Assembly: GCA_964016885.1 (NCBI GenBank)
Contig: OZ024764.1
Coordinates: forward strand, 25,606,001-25,670,000
Source of the DNA: Eledone cirrhosa
Taxonomy: Eukaryota
Direction of reading: 5' to 3'
Length of the DNA: 64,000 nt
The position numbers and the translations under genes were made by a program. Under the pieces are notes generated by a model that was given only the letters and a program-made list of their open reading frames with translations, made no database searches and was not told where the DNA came from. The first letter of the stretch is position 1, and the number at the start of each line of letters is the position of its first letter. Below are positions 12,590 to 26,389 of this stretch, piece after piece.

Positions 12590-13250
12590 GGACTCAGGGG
12601 CCCTTTCCACCATAGTATCTAGAAGAACGACGGGTTGGAAGAGGTTTAGGGAGCTGCTTCCTTTGTTGACAAAGAAGGGTTTCTCTCTGCGTACAAAAGG
12701 CCGGTTATATGATGCCTGTGTGAGATGCAGGATGCTGCATGATGGTGAGACATGGGCAGCAAATACGGAGGATATGCACAGCTGGAGAGAAATGAGGCAA
12801 GCATGCTCCGATGGATGTGTAATGTCAATGTGCGTGAACGACCGAGCATGCATATGTTGAGAGAGAAACTGTGTATGAGATGGATAAGTTGTAGTGTGTG
12901 GGAGAGGAGACTGAGATGGTATGGACATGTGATGTGTTGAGAGAGAAACTGTGTATGAGATGCATAAGTTGTAGTGTGTGGGAGAGGAGACTGAGATGGT
13001 ATGGACATGTGATTCACATGGAGGATGACCGATGGGTGAAGAAGTGCCCAGGAAGTCCCAGTAGAGGGAAGATGCAGCAGAGGAAGACCACGGAGGACAT
13101 TGGCGGAGGTGGTGAGAGCTGACCTCAGATCGCTGAAATCACCAAGGAGATGACGAAGGACCATAACAAGTGGAGAGATGCTGTGCTGAATAGGACCCTT
13201 CTCACCTTTGCAAGCAGGGAAAAGTAGACTTAAAATGATGATGTTGATGA
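12590..13250 (+). mobile_element. 3' fragment of RTE LINE family B with an internal ~80-bp tandem duplication
   Basis: GWKRFRELLPLL, RRLRWYGHV present twice, tail TTGCAAGCAGGGAAAAG...ATGATG. Confidence 0.85.
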
Positions 13251-13356
13251 TAATATACATATGTATATATATACACGCAGATGTATATACACATTATTGT
13301 ATATATATACACATATATACATGTACATATGTATGTATATATATATATATATATAT

Positions 13357-13915
13357 GTAAGGTCACCAGTTGGTGCTACTGGTAACATGTATCCCAGTAC
13401 AACCTATCTCATGGTCGGGTCGTTGGCGACTAAACTGGCAACCCCACCAAGGTTTCTTGGTGAGGAGGGTGACTTTGGACATCCTGCAGGACTAAAAACA
13501 AAACCAGTTAAAAGACAAAGGAGCTCTTAAGAGTCAATGGCCATCCAAAATCACCGGGAGAGATGACCCCTTAGCCTTTGTCAAGGCAGAATTCTAGGAG
13601 AAGGAAAACTCTGATATAACACCTGCAACTCTGATGGTATCCAATGATGTTGACTTGTTCTTCTTTTTGGTAAATATCATCTTGGTTAAGAGAGTGGGAC
13701 TGGCTTTGTGCAGTGCCTTTGCTCACTATAAAAGCTTCATGGCACAGGCATTGCTTTATATCTGGAGATCTCTCTGCACTTGTCGTCACATGGTACCATG
13801 GGCCCAGCACTATGTGTCAGTAATTGTCACAAGTCACACTCGTTCAGCACATCGGTAGGGGTCCTCCTACATGGATATAAAGTAGTGGCTGTACGCGAAA
13901 ACGAGTTGGCAGCCA

Positions 13916-13918
<3 letters not shown>
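13357..13918. mobile_element. Unclassified GC-richer insert bounded by (TA)n
   Basis: Sharp compositional boundaries inside TA tracts. No recognisable protein motif; probably an interspersed repeat. Confidence 0.3.
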
Positions 13919-13950
<32 letters not shown>

Positions 13951-14076
13951 CACATATGTGTATATATATATATATACATATATATATGTACATATGTATA
14001 TATATATATATATATACATACACATATGTGTAAATATATATATACATATACATATATATATATATATACATGTACA

Positions 14077-14110
<34 letters not shown>

Positions 14111-14699
14111 CATATACATATATATACATATACATATACATATATATATACCAGTAATGCACTAGGATCGATTATACTCTCCTTAAAAAATTGCTGACCT
14201 TGTGCCTATAGTATAAAAAATTATTTTATGATAGCTGCCCCCTCATTATCGAGTAAGGCCATTGCATGATATACCATTATTAATAACTATCAACTAATTC
14301 TATCATGCAATGCCTTTGTATGAAGATTTTTTTTAAAGTGAGGAAAAACTGTGCACTGAGCCAATCCCACTCTCTGAGTGATAGTAGCTATAACCGGAAA
14401 AGAAGAAAAGATCAACATCAGCGGTAACTACTGAGCCACAGGTTTTATGTCATCGTTTAACATCCATCTTCCACGCTAGCATGGGTTGGACGGGATTGTC
14501 TTGGGTGCTTTTTATCTTGACACCAAAACAACCACTTGACAGTGTGGGCTGGGTGCTTTTTGTCATGACACTTGCACGACGACTTTACAGTGTGGGTTGG
14601 GTGCTTTTTCTTGTGTCACCAACATGACTATTTTGTTTGTATGTATATAGGTTCGAGAATGAAAACAAAAAAGACGAGGTTTAATGCTTAATTAATTTG

Positions 14700-14905
14700 T
14701 TGTTTTACTGTTCTTTTGTTTGTCAGGAAAGTGAACAGTGTCATGATATATATGTGTGCATGTGTCAGGTGGAGTGTGGCGAATTTTAGGAAGCATGGAG
14801 GTTTTAAAGGATGCAGTGTCTCAACAGCTAACAACTGATGCAGGGAGTTTGTTCCATGCTTCAGCAACTCTGAGTGTGAAAAAATGCTTCCGAAAGTAGA
14901 GGTGC
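14700..14905 (-). mobile_element. CR1/L2-type LINE 3' end fragment
   Basis: Reverse-complement similarity to 27880-28090 (CAGAGTTGCTGAAGCATGGAACAAACT, i.e. RVAEAWNKL). Confidence 0.75.
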
Positions 14906-15097
14906 ATGGTTTATTGGTTAGGGCATTGAGCTTGCAATGTGAGACCAACAGAGCTCATGGAGGTTATCGAACCTCATGGTCTACCTCTGGGTCTCCTGCT
15001 GGCTAGCTTTACCTGCAAAATCTGTCTAGCAATTTTCCCTTTCCTCCCAAATTGCAGGCCTTGATCCTAAATTAGAAATCATTATTATTATTTCCTT

Positions 15098-15300
15098 GGA
15101 TGGTGGTGTGGCAGTATCTGTAGAGTATTAGACAATATGCTTTATGGCATGGAGTTACGGTTCTTTATGCTCTGAGTTCAAATCCTGTCACGGTTAGCTT
15201 TGCCCTTCATCCTTACAGGCTCGATAAAATAAAATACCAGTAATGCACTGGAATCGAATTAATTAGCTTTCCATTCTCCACAAATTATTGGCCTTGTACC
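15098..15300 (+). mobile_element. Diverged tRNA-derived SINE
   Basis: TGGCAGTATCTGTAGAG, GAGTTCAAATCC and CCTTCATCCTTACAGGCTCGATAAAAT core. Confidence 0.75.
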
Positions 15301-15318
15301 GGAAAACATGCTTTACGG

Positions 15319-18300
15319 CAGGGGTGTGCAACATATTCCAGTGGCGGGTAACTTTTGAACACCTATTAGGGCCATTAATATTTATTAACCACTATTCCAA
15401 AGATTGACCACAACTTCTTTCTATAACATGGAACTGTGGAATTATAACACACATAACCCTATCAGTGAAGCCCTTAAGTATAGGTCAACTGGGAAATTAT
15501 AACACATAACCCTATCAGTGAAGCCCTTTAGTATAGGTCAACTGGGAAATTATAACATATAACCCTATCAGTGAAGCCCTTTAGTATAGGTCAACTGGGA
15601 AATTATAACATATAACCCTATCAGTGAAGCCCTTTAGTATAGGTCAACTGGGGAATTATAACATATAACCCTATCAGTGAAGTCCTTTAGTATAGGTCAA
15701 CTGGGGAATTATAACATATAACCCTATCAGTGAAGTCCTTTAGTATAGGTCAACTGGGAAATTATAACACATATAACCCTATCAGTGAAACCCTTTAGTA
15801 TAGGTCAACTGGGAAATTATAACATATAACCCTATCAGAGAAACCCTTTAGTATAGGTCAACTGGGGAATTATAACACATATAACCCTATCAGTGAAGTC
15901 CTTTAGTATAGGTCAACTGGGGAATTATAACACACATAACCCTATCAGTGAAGCCCTTTAGTATAGGTCAACTGGGGAATTATAACACATATAACCCCAT
16001 CAGTGAAGCCCTTTAGTATAGGTCAACTGGGAAATTATAACATATAACCCTATCAGTGAAGCCCTTTAGTATAGGTCAACTGTGGAATTATAACACATAT
16101 AACCCTATCAGTGAAGCCCTTTAGTATAGGTCAACTGGGAAATTATAACATATAACCCTATCAGTGAAGCCCTTTAGTATAGGTCAACTGTGAAATTATA
16201 ACATATAACCCTATCAGTGAAGCCCTTTAGTATAGGTCAACTGTGAAATTATAACACATAACCCTATCAGTGAAACCCTTTAGTATAGATCAACTGGGAA
16301 ATTATAACACATAACCCTATCAGTGAAACCCTTTAGTATAGATCAACTGGGAAATTATAACATATAACCCTATCAGTGAAGCCCTGTAGTATAGGTCAAC
16401 TGGGGAATTATAACATATAACCCTATCAGTGAAGCCCTGTAGTATAGGTCAACTGGGGAATTATAACATATGACTCTATCAGTGATCCTTTAGTATAGGT
16501 CAACTGGGAAATTATAACACATAACCCTATCAGTGAAGCCCTTTAGTATAGGTCAACTGTGGAATTATAACACATATAACCCTATCAGTGATGCCCTTTA
16601 GTATAGGTCAACTGGGAAATTATAACATATATAACCCTATAAGGTGAAGCCCTTTAGTATAGGTCAACTGGGAAATTATAACACATAACCCTATCAGTGA
16701 AGCCCTTTAGTATAGGTCAACTGGGAAATTATAACACATAACGCTATCAGTGAAGTCCTTTAGTATAGGTCAACTGGGAAATTATAACACACATAACACT
16801 ATCAGTGAAACCCTTTAGTATAGGTCAACTGGGGAATTATAACACATAACCCTATCAGTGAAGTCCTTTAGTATAGGTCAACTGGGAAATTATAACACAC
16901 ATAACACTATCAGTGAAACCCTTTAGTATAGGTCAACTGGGGAATTATAACACATAACCCTATCAGTGAAGTCCTTTAGTATAGGTCAATTGGGAAATTA
17001 TAACATATATAACCCTATCAGTGAACCCCTTTAGTATAGGTCAACTGGGGAATTATAACATATAACCCTATCAGTGAAGCCCTTTAGTATAGGTCGACTG
17101 GGGAATTATAACACATAACCCTATCAGTGAAGCCCTTTAGTATAGGTCGACTGGGAAATTATAACATATAACCCTATCAGTGAAGCCCTTTAGTATAGTT
17201 CAACTGGGGAATTATAACACATATAACCCTATCAGTGAAGCCCTTTAGTATAGGTCAACTGTGGAATTATAACACATAACCCTATCAGTGAAGCCCTTTA
17301 GTATAGGTCAACTGGGGAATTATAATACATATAACCCTATCAGTGAAGCCCTTTAGTATAGGTCAAACTGGGGAATTATAACACATAACCCTATCAGTGA
17401 AGCCCTTTATTATAGGTCAAACTGGGGAATTATAACACATAACCCTATCAGTGAAGTCCTTTAGTATAGGTCAACTGGGAAATTATAACATATAACCCTA
17501 TCAGTGATGGCCTTTAGTATAGGTCAACAGGGAAATTATAACATATAACCATATCAGTGAAACCCTTTAGTATAGGGCAACTGGGGAATTATAACACATA
17601 ACCCTATCAGTGAAGCCCTTTAGTATAGGTCAACTGTGGAATTATAACACATATAACCCTATCAGTGATGCCCTTTAGTATAGGTCAACTGGGAAATTAT
17701 AACATATATAACCCTATAAGGTGAAGCCCTTTAGTATAGGTCAACTGGGAAATTATAACACATAACCCTATCAGTGAAGCCCTTTAGTATTGGTCAACTG
17801 GGAAATTATAACACATAACGCTATCAGTGAAGTCCTTTAGTATAGGTCAACTGGGAAATTATAACACACATAACACTATCAGTGAAACCCTTTAGTATAG
17901 GTCAACTGGGGAATTATAACACATAACCCTATCAGTGAAGTCCTTTAGTATAGGTCAACTGGGAAATTATAACACACATAACACTATCAGTGAAACCCTT
18001 TAGTATAGGTCAACTGGGGAATTATAACATATAACCCTATCAGTGAAGTCCTTTAGTATAGGTCAATTGGGAAATTATAACATATATAACCCTATCAGTG
18101 AACCCCTTTAGTATAGGTCAACTGGGGAATTATAACATATAACCCTATCAGTGAAGCCCTTTAGTATAGGTCAACTGGGGAATTATAACACATAACCCTA
18201 TCAGTGAAGCCCTTTAGTATAGGTCAACTGGGAAATTATAACATATAACCCTATCAGTGAAGCCCTTTAGTATAGGTCAACTGTGGAATTATAACACATA

Positions 18301-20679
18301 ACCCTATCAGTGAAGCCATTTAGTATAGGTCAACTGGGAAATTATTAAATATAACCCTATCAGTGAAGTCCTTTAGTATAGGTCAACTGGGGAATTATAA
18401 CACATAACCCTATCAGTGAAGCCCTTTAGTATAGGTCAACTGTGGAATTATAACACATATAACCCTATCAGTGAAGCCCTTTAGTATAGGTCAAACTGGG
18501 GAATTATAACACATAACACTATCAGTGAAGCCATTTAGTATAGGTCAACTGTGGAATTATAACACATAACCCTATCAGTGAAGCCCTTTAGTATAGGTCA
18601 ACAGGGAAATTATAACACACATAACCCTATCAGTGATGCCCTTTAGTATAGGTCAACTGGGGAATTATAACATATAACCGTATCAGTGAAGCCCTTTAGT
18701 ATAGGTCAACTGGGGAATTATAACATATAACCCTATCAGTGAAGCCCTTTAGTATAGGTCAATGGGAAATTATAACACATAACCCTATCAGTGAAGCCCT
18801 TTAGTATAGGTCAACTGGGGAATTATAACACATATAACCCTATCAGTGAAGCCCTTTAGTATAGGTCAACTGTGGAATTATAACATTTAACCCTATCAGT
18901 GAAGCCCTTTAGTATAGGTCAACTGTGGAATTATAACACATATAACCCTATCAGTGAAGCCCTTTAGTATAGGTCAACTGGGGAATTATAACATATAACC
19001 CTATCAGTGAAACCCTTTAGTATAGGTCAACTGGGGAATTATAACACATATAACCCTATCAGTGAAGTCCTTTAGTATAGGTCAACTGTGGAATTATAAC
19101 ATATAACACTATCAGTGAAGCCCTTTAGTATAGGTCAACTGGGGAATTATAACATATAACCCTATCAGTGAAACCCTTTAGTATAGGTCAACTGGGGAAT
19201 TATAACACATATAACCCTATCAGTGAAGTCCTTTAGTATAGGTCAACTGTGGAATTATAACATATAACCCTATAAGGTGAAGCCCTTTAGTATAGGTCAA
19301 CTGGGGAATTATAACACATATAACCCTATCAGTGAAGTCCTTTAGTATAGGTCAACTGTGGAATTATAACATATAACCCTATCAGTGAAACCCTTTAGTA
19401 TAGGTCAACTGGGGAATTATAACACATATAACCCTATCAGTGAAGCCCTTTAGTATAGGTCAACTGGGCAATTATAACATATAACCCTATAAGGTGAAGC
19501 CCTTTAGTATAGGTCAACTGGGCAATTATAACACATATAACCCTATAAGGTGAAGCCCTTTAGTATAGCGCAACTTGGAAATTATAACATATAACCCTAT
19601 AAGGTGAAGCCCTTTAGTATAGGTCAACTGGGAAATTATAACACATAACCCTATCAGTGAAGCCCTTTAGTATAGGTCAACTGGGGAATTATAACACATA
19701 TAACCCTATCAGTGAAGCCCTTTAGTATCGGTCAAACTGGGGAATTATAACACATAACCCTATCAGTGAAACCCTTTAGTATAGGTCAACAGGGAAATTA
19801 TAACATATAACCCTATCAGTGAAGCCCTTTAGTATAGGTCAACTGGGAAATTATAACATATAACTCTGTCAGTGAAGCCCTTTAGTATAGGTCAACTGGG
19901 CAATTATAACATATAACCGTATCAGTGAAGCCCTTTAGTATAGGTCAACTGGGAAATTATAACATATAACTCTATCAGTGAAGCCCTTTAGTATAGGTCA
20001 ACTGTGGAATTATAACACATATAACCCTATCAGTGAAGCCCTTTAGTATAGGTCAACTGTGGAATTATAACATTTAACCCTATCAGTTAAGCCCTTTAGT
20101 ATAGGTCAACTGTGGAATTATAACACATATAACCCTATCAGTGAAACCCTTTAGTATAGGTCAACTGGGGAATTATAACACATATAACCCTATCAGTGAA
20201 GCCCTTTAGTATAGGTCAACTGGGCAATTATAACATATAACCCTATAAGGTGAAGCCCTTTAGTATAGCGCAACTGGGAAATTATAACATATAACCCTAT
20301 AAAGTGAAGCCCTTTAGTATAGGTCAACTGGGAAATTATAACACATATAACCCTATCAGTGAAGCACTTTAGTATAGGTCTACTGGGGAATTATAACACA
20401 TATAACCCTATCAGAGAAACCCTTTAGTATAGGTCAACTGGGGAATTATAACATATAACCCTATCAGTGAAGTCCTTTAGTATAGGTCAACAGGGGAATT
20501 ATAACATATAACCCTATCAGTGAAGCCCTTTAGTATAGGTCAACTAACAGAAGTATTACGGTTACAAAAAAAATTCTTATAAGCCTACAAGGTAAGAATT
20601 AAAAACGGTGATCGCGAGCCACTCTGACTGGTCTGGCAGGCCAGATTGTCGTCCAAAGGCCACCTGTTGCATGCCCCTG
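15319..20679. mobile_element. hAT-type non-autonomous DNA transposon inserted in a SINE
   Basis: TIRs CAGGGGTGTGCAAC / GTTGCATGCCCCTG; degenerate 8-bp TSD CTTTACGG / ATTTATGG; SINE sequence resumes at 20680-20826. Confidence 0.72.
15431..20545. repeat. 53/55-bp satellite, about 95 copies
   Basis: Unit AACCCTATCAGTGAAGCCCTTTAGTATAGGTCAACTGGGAAATTATAACATAT; period 53 measured at 15561/15614. Confidence 0.97.
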
Positions 20680-21325
20680 ATTTATGGCATAGAGTTATGG
20701 ACCTTTCAAATTTTACTAAAGTTAGCTTTGTCTTTCATCCTTATGAAGTCGATAAAATAAAGTACCAGTAATGCACTGGGTAATTGCTGGCCTTGTGCCT
20801 AAAGTAGAAACAATTATTATTATTATCGAAACCGGGTGCTGGGCTATCATTTCAATCCATCGTTACAGGGTTGCTAAAATATAATACCAGTAACATACTG
20901 TTGTAGATTTAATCAACTTCTCTCTTCCCTTCAAATTGCTGGTCTTATATGAAAAGTAGAACCAATTATTGCAAGGGTGGCGTGTACTTGGTACAGCTGG
21001 TGCTGTTGTCACCAAATCAATGGTGTCACCATCTGTTCATCTAATTTATTTTCGTCTGTCAAAAGTAGGTTACTGGAATGTATAGAGGTTACGTGTGGTA
21101 GAGTTTCATTACAGCTGGTGCTGCCCTAACTACTTTTCTGCTTAATTGCAATTCAACTGCAAGAGACAGTAGACCCCCAGGGGAGGGATGTGATGCAGGA
21201 GGAAAATAAGCATAGTGCCATGGCTATGTGGTTAAGGAATTTACTTCACAATCAAATAGCTTTCGGATCAGTCCCATGAAACATGATGCTCTAATGATCC
21301 CGCCAATCTACCACCCTCTTCTTAA

Positions 21326-23129
21326 CCCTTTAGTATTTAAACCGGACATATCCGGCCAGAACTCTCTCACCTCTTTCTGTTCAAACCATCTGTAACTGAC
21401 CACGTATACCTACGTTAAGGTATTGACCTCAAAATAAATAACATCAAAATTTCATAGATTTAATGTTATGTGAGATATTATGTGAGATAAAGCCTTTACT
21501 GTGAAAATACAATAGTATATATAGAGTAATGTAAATGTTATGTGAGATATTATGTGAGATAAAGCCTTTACTGTGAAAATACAATAGTATATATAGAGTA
21601 ATTTAAATGTTATGTGAGATATTATGTGAGATAAAGCATTTACTGTGAAAATACAATAGTATATATAGAGTAATGTAAATGTTATGTGAGATATTATGTG
21701 AGGTAAAGCCTTTACTGTGAAAATACAATAGTATATATAGAGTAATGTAAATGTTATGTGAGATGTTATGTGAGATAAAGCCTTTACTGTGAAAATACAA
21801 TAGTATATATAGAGTAATGTAAATGTTATGAGAGATATTATGTGAGGTAAAGCCTTTACTGTGAATATACAATAGTATATATAGAGTAATGTAAATGTTA
21901 TGTGAGATATTATGTGAGGTAAAGCCTTTACTGTGAAAATACAATAGTATATATAGAGTAATGTAAATGGTATGTGAGATATTATGTGAGGTAAAGCCTT
22001 TACTGTGAAAATACAATAGTATATATAGAGTAATGTAAATGTTATGTGAGATATTATGTGAGGTAAAGCCTTTACTGTGAAAATACAATAGTATATATAG
22101 AGTAATGTAAATGTTATGTGAGATATTATGTGAGGTAAAGCCTTTACTGTGAAAATACAATAGTATATATAGAGTAATGTAAATGGTATGTGAGATATTA
22201 TGTGAGGTAAAGCCTTTACTGTGAAAATACAATAGTATATATAGAGTAATGTAAATGTTATGTGAGGTATTATGTGAGGTAAAGCCTTTACTGTGAAAAT
22301 ACAATAGTATATATAGAGTAATGTAAATGTTATGTGAGATATTATGTGAGGTAAAGCCTTTACTGTGAAAATACAATAGTATATATAGAGTAATGTAAAT
22401 GTTATGTGAGGTATTATGTGAGGTAAAGCCTTTACTGTGACAATACAATAGTATATATAGAGTAATGTAAATGTTATGTGAGGTATTATGTGAGGTAAAG
22501 CCTTTACTGTGAAAATACAATAGTATATATAGAGTAATGTAAATGTTATGTGAGATATTATGTGAGGTAAAGCCTTTACTGTGACAATACAATAGTATAT
22601 ATAGAGTAATGTAAATGTTATGTGAGATATTCTGTGAGGTAAAGCCTTTACTGTGACAATACAATAGTATATATAGAGTAATGTAAATGTTGTGTGAGAT
22701 ATTATGTGAGGTAAAGCCTTTACTGTGAAAATACAATAGTATATATAGAGTAATGTAAATGTTATGTGAGGTATTATGTGAGGTAAAGCCTTTACTGTGA
22801 AAATACAATAGTATATATAGAGTAATGTAAATGTTATGTGAGGTATTATGTGAGGTAAAGCCTTTACTGTGAAAATACAATAGTATATATAGAGTAATGT
22901 AAATGTTATGTGAGGTATTATGTGAGGTAAAGCCTTTACTGTGACAATACAATAGTATATATAGAGTAATGTAAATGTTATGTGAGGTATTATGTGAGGT
23001 AAAGCCTTTACTGTGAAAATACAATAGTATATATAGAGTAATGTAAATGTTATGTGAGATATTATGTGAGGTAAAGCCTTTACTGTGACAATACAATAGT
23101 ATATATAGAGTAATGTAAATGCTTAAGGG
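21326..23129. mobile_element. piggyBac-type (TTAA) MITE with internal satellite
   Basis: TTAA|CCCTTTAGTATTTA ... TAAATGCTTAAGGG|TTAA: TIRs match at 12/14, with TTAA on both sides. Confidence 0.8.
21462..23121. repeat. 72-bp satellite, about 23 copies
   Basis: Unit AATGTTATGTGAGATATTATGTGAGGTAAAGCCTTTACTGTGAAAATACAATAGTATATATAGAGTAATGTA; explains the 24-aa periodic ORF. Confidence 0.97.
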
Positions 23130-23133
23130 TTAA

Positions 23134-23342
23134 TCTTCTTTGCCCTGGGAGGGGCGTGGTGGCAGAGTCGTCAAGCATGCCTTCCAGCAGGTTTTGTGAG
23201 AAGCAACTGTTTCAAATTGACCCGGCTGGAGCCCCAAGCAAGACCAGACAAACTCATTGATGAGGGTCTCCTGCCAGCTGGTTCTGCCCCTAAAATCTGT
23301 CCTGCACACACTATCGAGTAACATGATTCCAAAGACCCTCAT
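23134..23342 (-). mobile_element. Old LINE (RTE-like) 3' remnant
   Basis: RGRTSWQETL...ETVASHKTCW resembles the RTE C-terminal GRP..W...W signature. Confidence 0.45.
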
Positions 23343-23347
23343 TTAAA

Positions 23348-23765
23348 TAATAATTGTTTCTGATTCAGGCACAAGGCCAACAATTTTGGGGAAGAGGAAA
23401 GTTGATTAAATTGACCCCAGTGCGTTACTGATACTTTATTTTATAAAGCCTGTAAGGATGAAAGGCAAAGCTAACCTCTGAGATTTGAACTCAGAATTTA
23501 ATGTTACGTAACACTATGCCGCAAAGCATGTTGTCAGATGCTCTACCGATTTTGCCAATCCACTGCCCTCACCATAATAATAATAATTTCTAATTCAGGT
23601 ACAAAGCTAGCGTTTGGGTGGTGGTGGCAGTCAATAAAATGAAACCCAGTACATAATGGGTACTTTATTTTATCGACCCTGGAAGGATGAAAATTGACCA
23701 TGCTGGGATTTGAACTCGAAATATAATGGGTCCTAACTAAATACAACAAAACATATTGTGTGGAC
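23348..23765 (-). mobile_element. Two tandem diverged SINE copies
   Basis: Reverse-complement core TACTTTATTTTATCGACC...AAGGATGAAA and GATTTGAACTC B-box, each present twice. Confidence 0.75.
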
Positions 23766-23989
23766 AGAGGCATGGGGACGTTTACTAACTTCTGCCTCTT
23801 AACAGTGCTTTGTAGCAGGAATAATGCACTGGTATGGATACATGATGTGATAATGGATGGTGACCGTGACGATGAAGAACTGACAAGAGATCCCAATGGA
23901 TAGAAGTTAGAGAAGAGGGACACCTGTGTGGAAAGAATAACTCTGGACAGTAGAAATGGTGAGAGCTGATCTCAAAAGGCTGACCAAGT

Positions 23990-25043
23990 GCGGTCCCCGT
24001 GCTTGCGACAGGTTTAGGGAAGCACTCACAGCTTTCTTTAAAGGCTTCAACCTCTCCATACAAGTTGAGGCCAACCTTTCTGTTGTAAACTACCTCGATG
24101 TTACACTCAACTTGTCGAATGGCTTGCACTTCCCATATAGAAAGCTGAATGATACACTTAATTACATCAGTAAGCACTCTAACCATCCTGTCAGCATAAG
24201 CAAGTACCTGGTAAGAAACATTTCATTGAGGCTTTCTTGTCTATCTACAAACGAACATATTTTCACCGATCATTCCACATATTATAATGAAGCTCTAGTT
24301 CGGAGTGGATTTGTTTATAAAGTAGAATACACTAAGTTTGAGCATAAACTTAGGAAATATAGATCCCGACGCATTATATGGTATAACCCACCATATAATA
24401 TGGAGATGGCCACAACATTAGCAAAAATCTTTCTCTCTCTAATTAAGAAGCATTTCCCCTCAGCACATAAATATAATAAAATATTTAATAGGAATACTGT
24501 TAAAATATCTTACACCACAACTCCTAACTTTGCACATAACATCACTGCATCTAATTTAGCCAGATTACCTAGCAGTAGGAACACATGCAACCCTCTAGCT
24601 AGTATTAACTGTAATTGTAGGAATCGGTTGACTGCTCTCTATCCGGGAAATGCCTCTCCAGTAACATTGTCTACAAATGTAAGGTCGAAACACCCACCTC
24701 CAGTAGGGCCTACATAGGGTTAACCGCCAATAGATTCAAGCAGCGTCTTTACATGCACACCCATTCTTTTCTTAACCCTTTAAGAAGGAACATGACGTCA
24801 CTTCCAGCTTATATCTGGAGTCTAAAAGACAACCACACCCAATATAGGTTACACTGGGAGATTCTAGATAAGGCTAGATCGTATAACGGAAACAAAAGAC
24901 CATGTGATCTTTGCGCCGCTGAAGCGCTGGAAATACTCTACACCAATGATCACAACAAAAAATCTGAGGCAATTTTGGCTTGTAAACATAAATTACATAA
25001 AACCTTCCTGTATTACAGCCCCACATTATACCCTAACAGATAG
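23990..25043 (+). mobile_element. 5'-truncated Penelope-like element: RT C-terminus plus GIY-YIG endonuclease, frameshifted
   Basis: NYLDVTLNL, PYRK, SKHSNHP, IIWYNPPY, FNRNTVKISY, CNCR; the shifted frame gives IVYKC...YIGLTANRFKQR, then CDLC. Confidence 0.9.
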
Positions 25044-25526
25044 TACGAACAATACGCGGATAATTTACGTCATGATGTGGTAACTAAGTATATTTTAAGT
25101 TTATACCATTACTTATTTGTATAGGTAAGTACATCTTACCCGTATGTTCATGCATTTTCGTACATATATATGCATGTATGTGTTATAGAAGCATATTATT
25201 TATACGTGTATGTGTGTATATATGTATATGATTATATATGTGTTTGTGTGCGTGTATATATATATATATATGTATGTATGTGCATGTATCTGTATGTATA
25301 TGTGTGTGTATGTGTAATATATATATATATATATATGTGTATGTATGTATATGTGTATGCATATATATATATATATATCATCATCATCATCATTGTTGTT
25401 TAACGTCTATCTTCCACGCTAGCATGGGTTTAGATGGGAATTGTCCCACTTGAGGCAAGATTGGTCAGGTGACCGTGTCTCGCTTGTATAGGACTGTATG
25501 TGTATGTATGTGTGTGTAATAGGTAT

Positions 25527-26385
25527 ACATCATCATCATCATCATTTTACGTCCGTTTTTCCCTGCTTGCAAGGGTGGGACAGGTCCTATTCAGCACAGC
25601 ATCTCTCCACTTGTCACGGTCCTTCGTCATCTCCTCCGTGAGTTTCAGCGATCTGAGGTCTGTTCTCACCACCTTCGCCCATGTTTTACGTGGTTTACCT
25701 CTTCTGCATCTTCCTTCTACTGGGATTTCTTGGCACTTCTTTACCCAGCGGTCATCCTCCATGCACATCACATGTCCATACCATCTCAGCCTTCTCTCCT
25801 GCACACTACAACTTATCCCTCTTATACCCAGTTTCTTTCTCAACTCGTCCATGCTTGGTCGTTGATGCACATTGACATTGAACATCCAATGGAGCATACT
25901 TGCTTCATTTCTCTCCAGCCATCGCATATCCTCTGCAGTTGCTGCTCATGTCTCACTACCATGCAGCATCGCGCTCCTCACAGAGGCATCATATAACCGT
26001 CCTTTCGTACGCAGGGAGAAACCCTTATTTGTCAACAAAGGAAGCAGCTCCCTAAACTTCTTCCAACCCATCCTTATTCTAGATACTATGGCCTTGGAAC
26101 ACGCCCCTCCCATGCTAATCTGATCACCTAGGTACCGGAAGCTATCAACCACTTCTATAGAACCCACCTTCATTGGAAAAATGTGTCTATCACTGCGATT
26201 ACTACTGCTAACTTTCCCTGTACATCTACTGCATATGTAGTTTTCTCTACCTGTTAGTTTGCCTGCTATCCCACTACATCTCTTGTGTACCCAAGATCTG
26301 CATTGCATACATTTTATGGAATTTATGCCAGTTCCTTTCCTACATATCGGACATGGCCATTTCCCTGATGGAATCAGAGTATTGT
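25527..26385 (-). mobile_element. RTE family B 3' fragment
   Basis: CRSWVHKRC, DSFRYLGD, MLHGSET, RRLRWYGHV and (GAT)n tail. Confidence 0.9.
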
Positions 26386-26389
26386 CCTC

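Noticed and set aside
15431-20545. Satellite unit contains CCCTATCAGTGA, matching part of the tetO2 operator, and the array superficially resembles CRISPR or a synthetic operator array
   Set aside because: Only 12-13 of 19 nt match and the palindrome is incomplete. Units show natural variation, have no unique spacers or cas genes, and lie within a MITE.
21603-23096. 497-aa ORF of 24-aa repeats
   Set aside because: A consequence of a 72-bp stop-free satellite unit; no ATG start or coding evidence.
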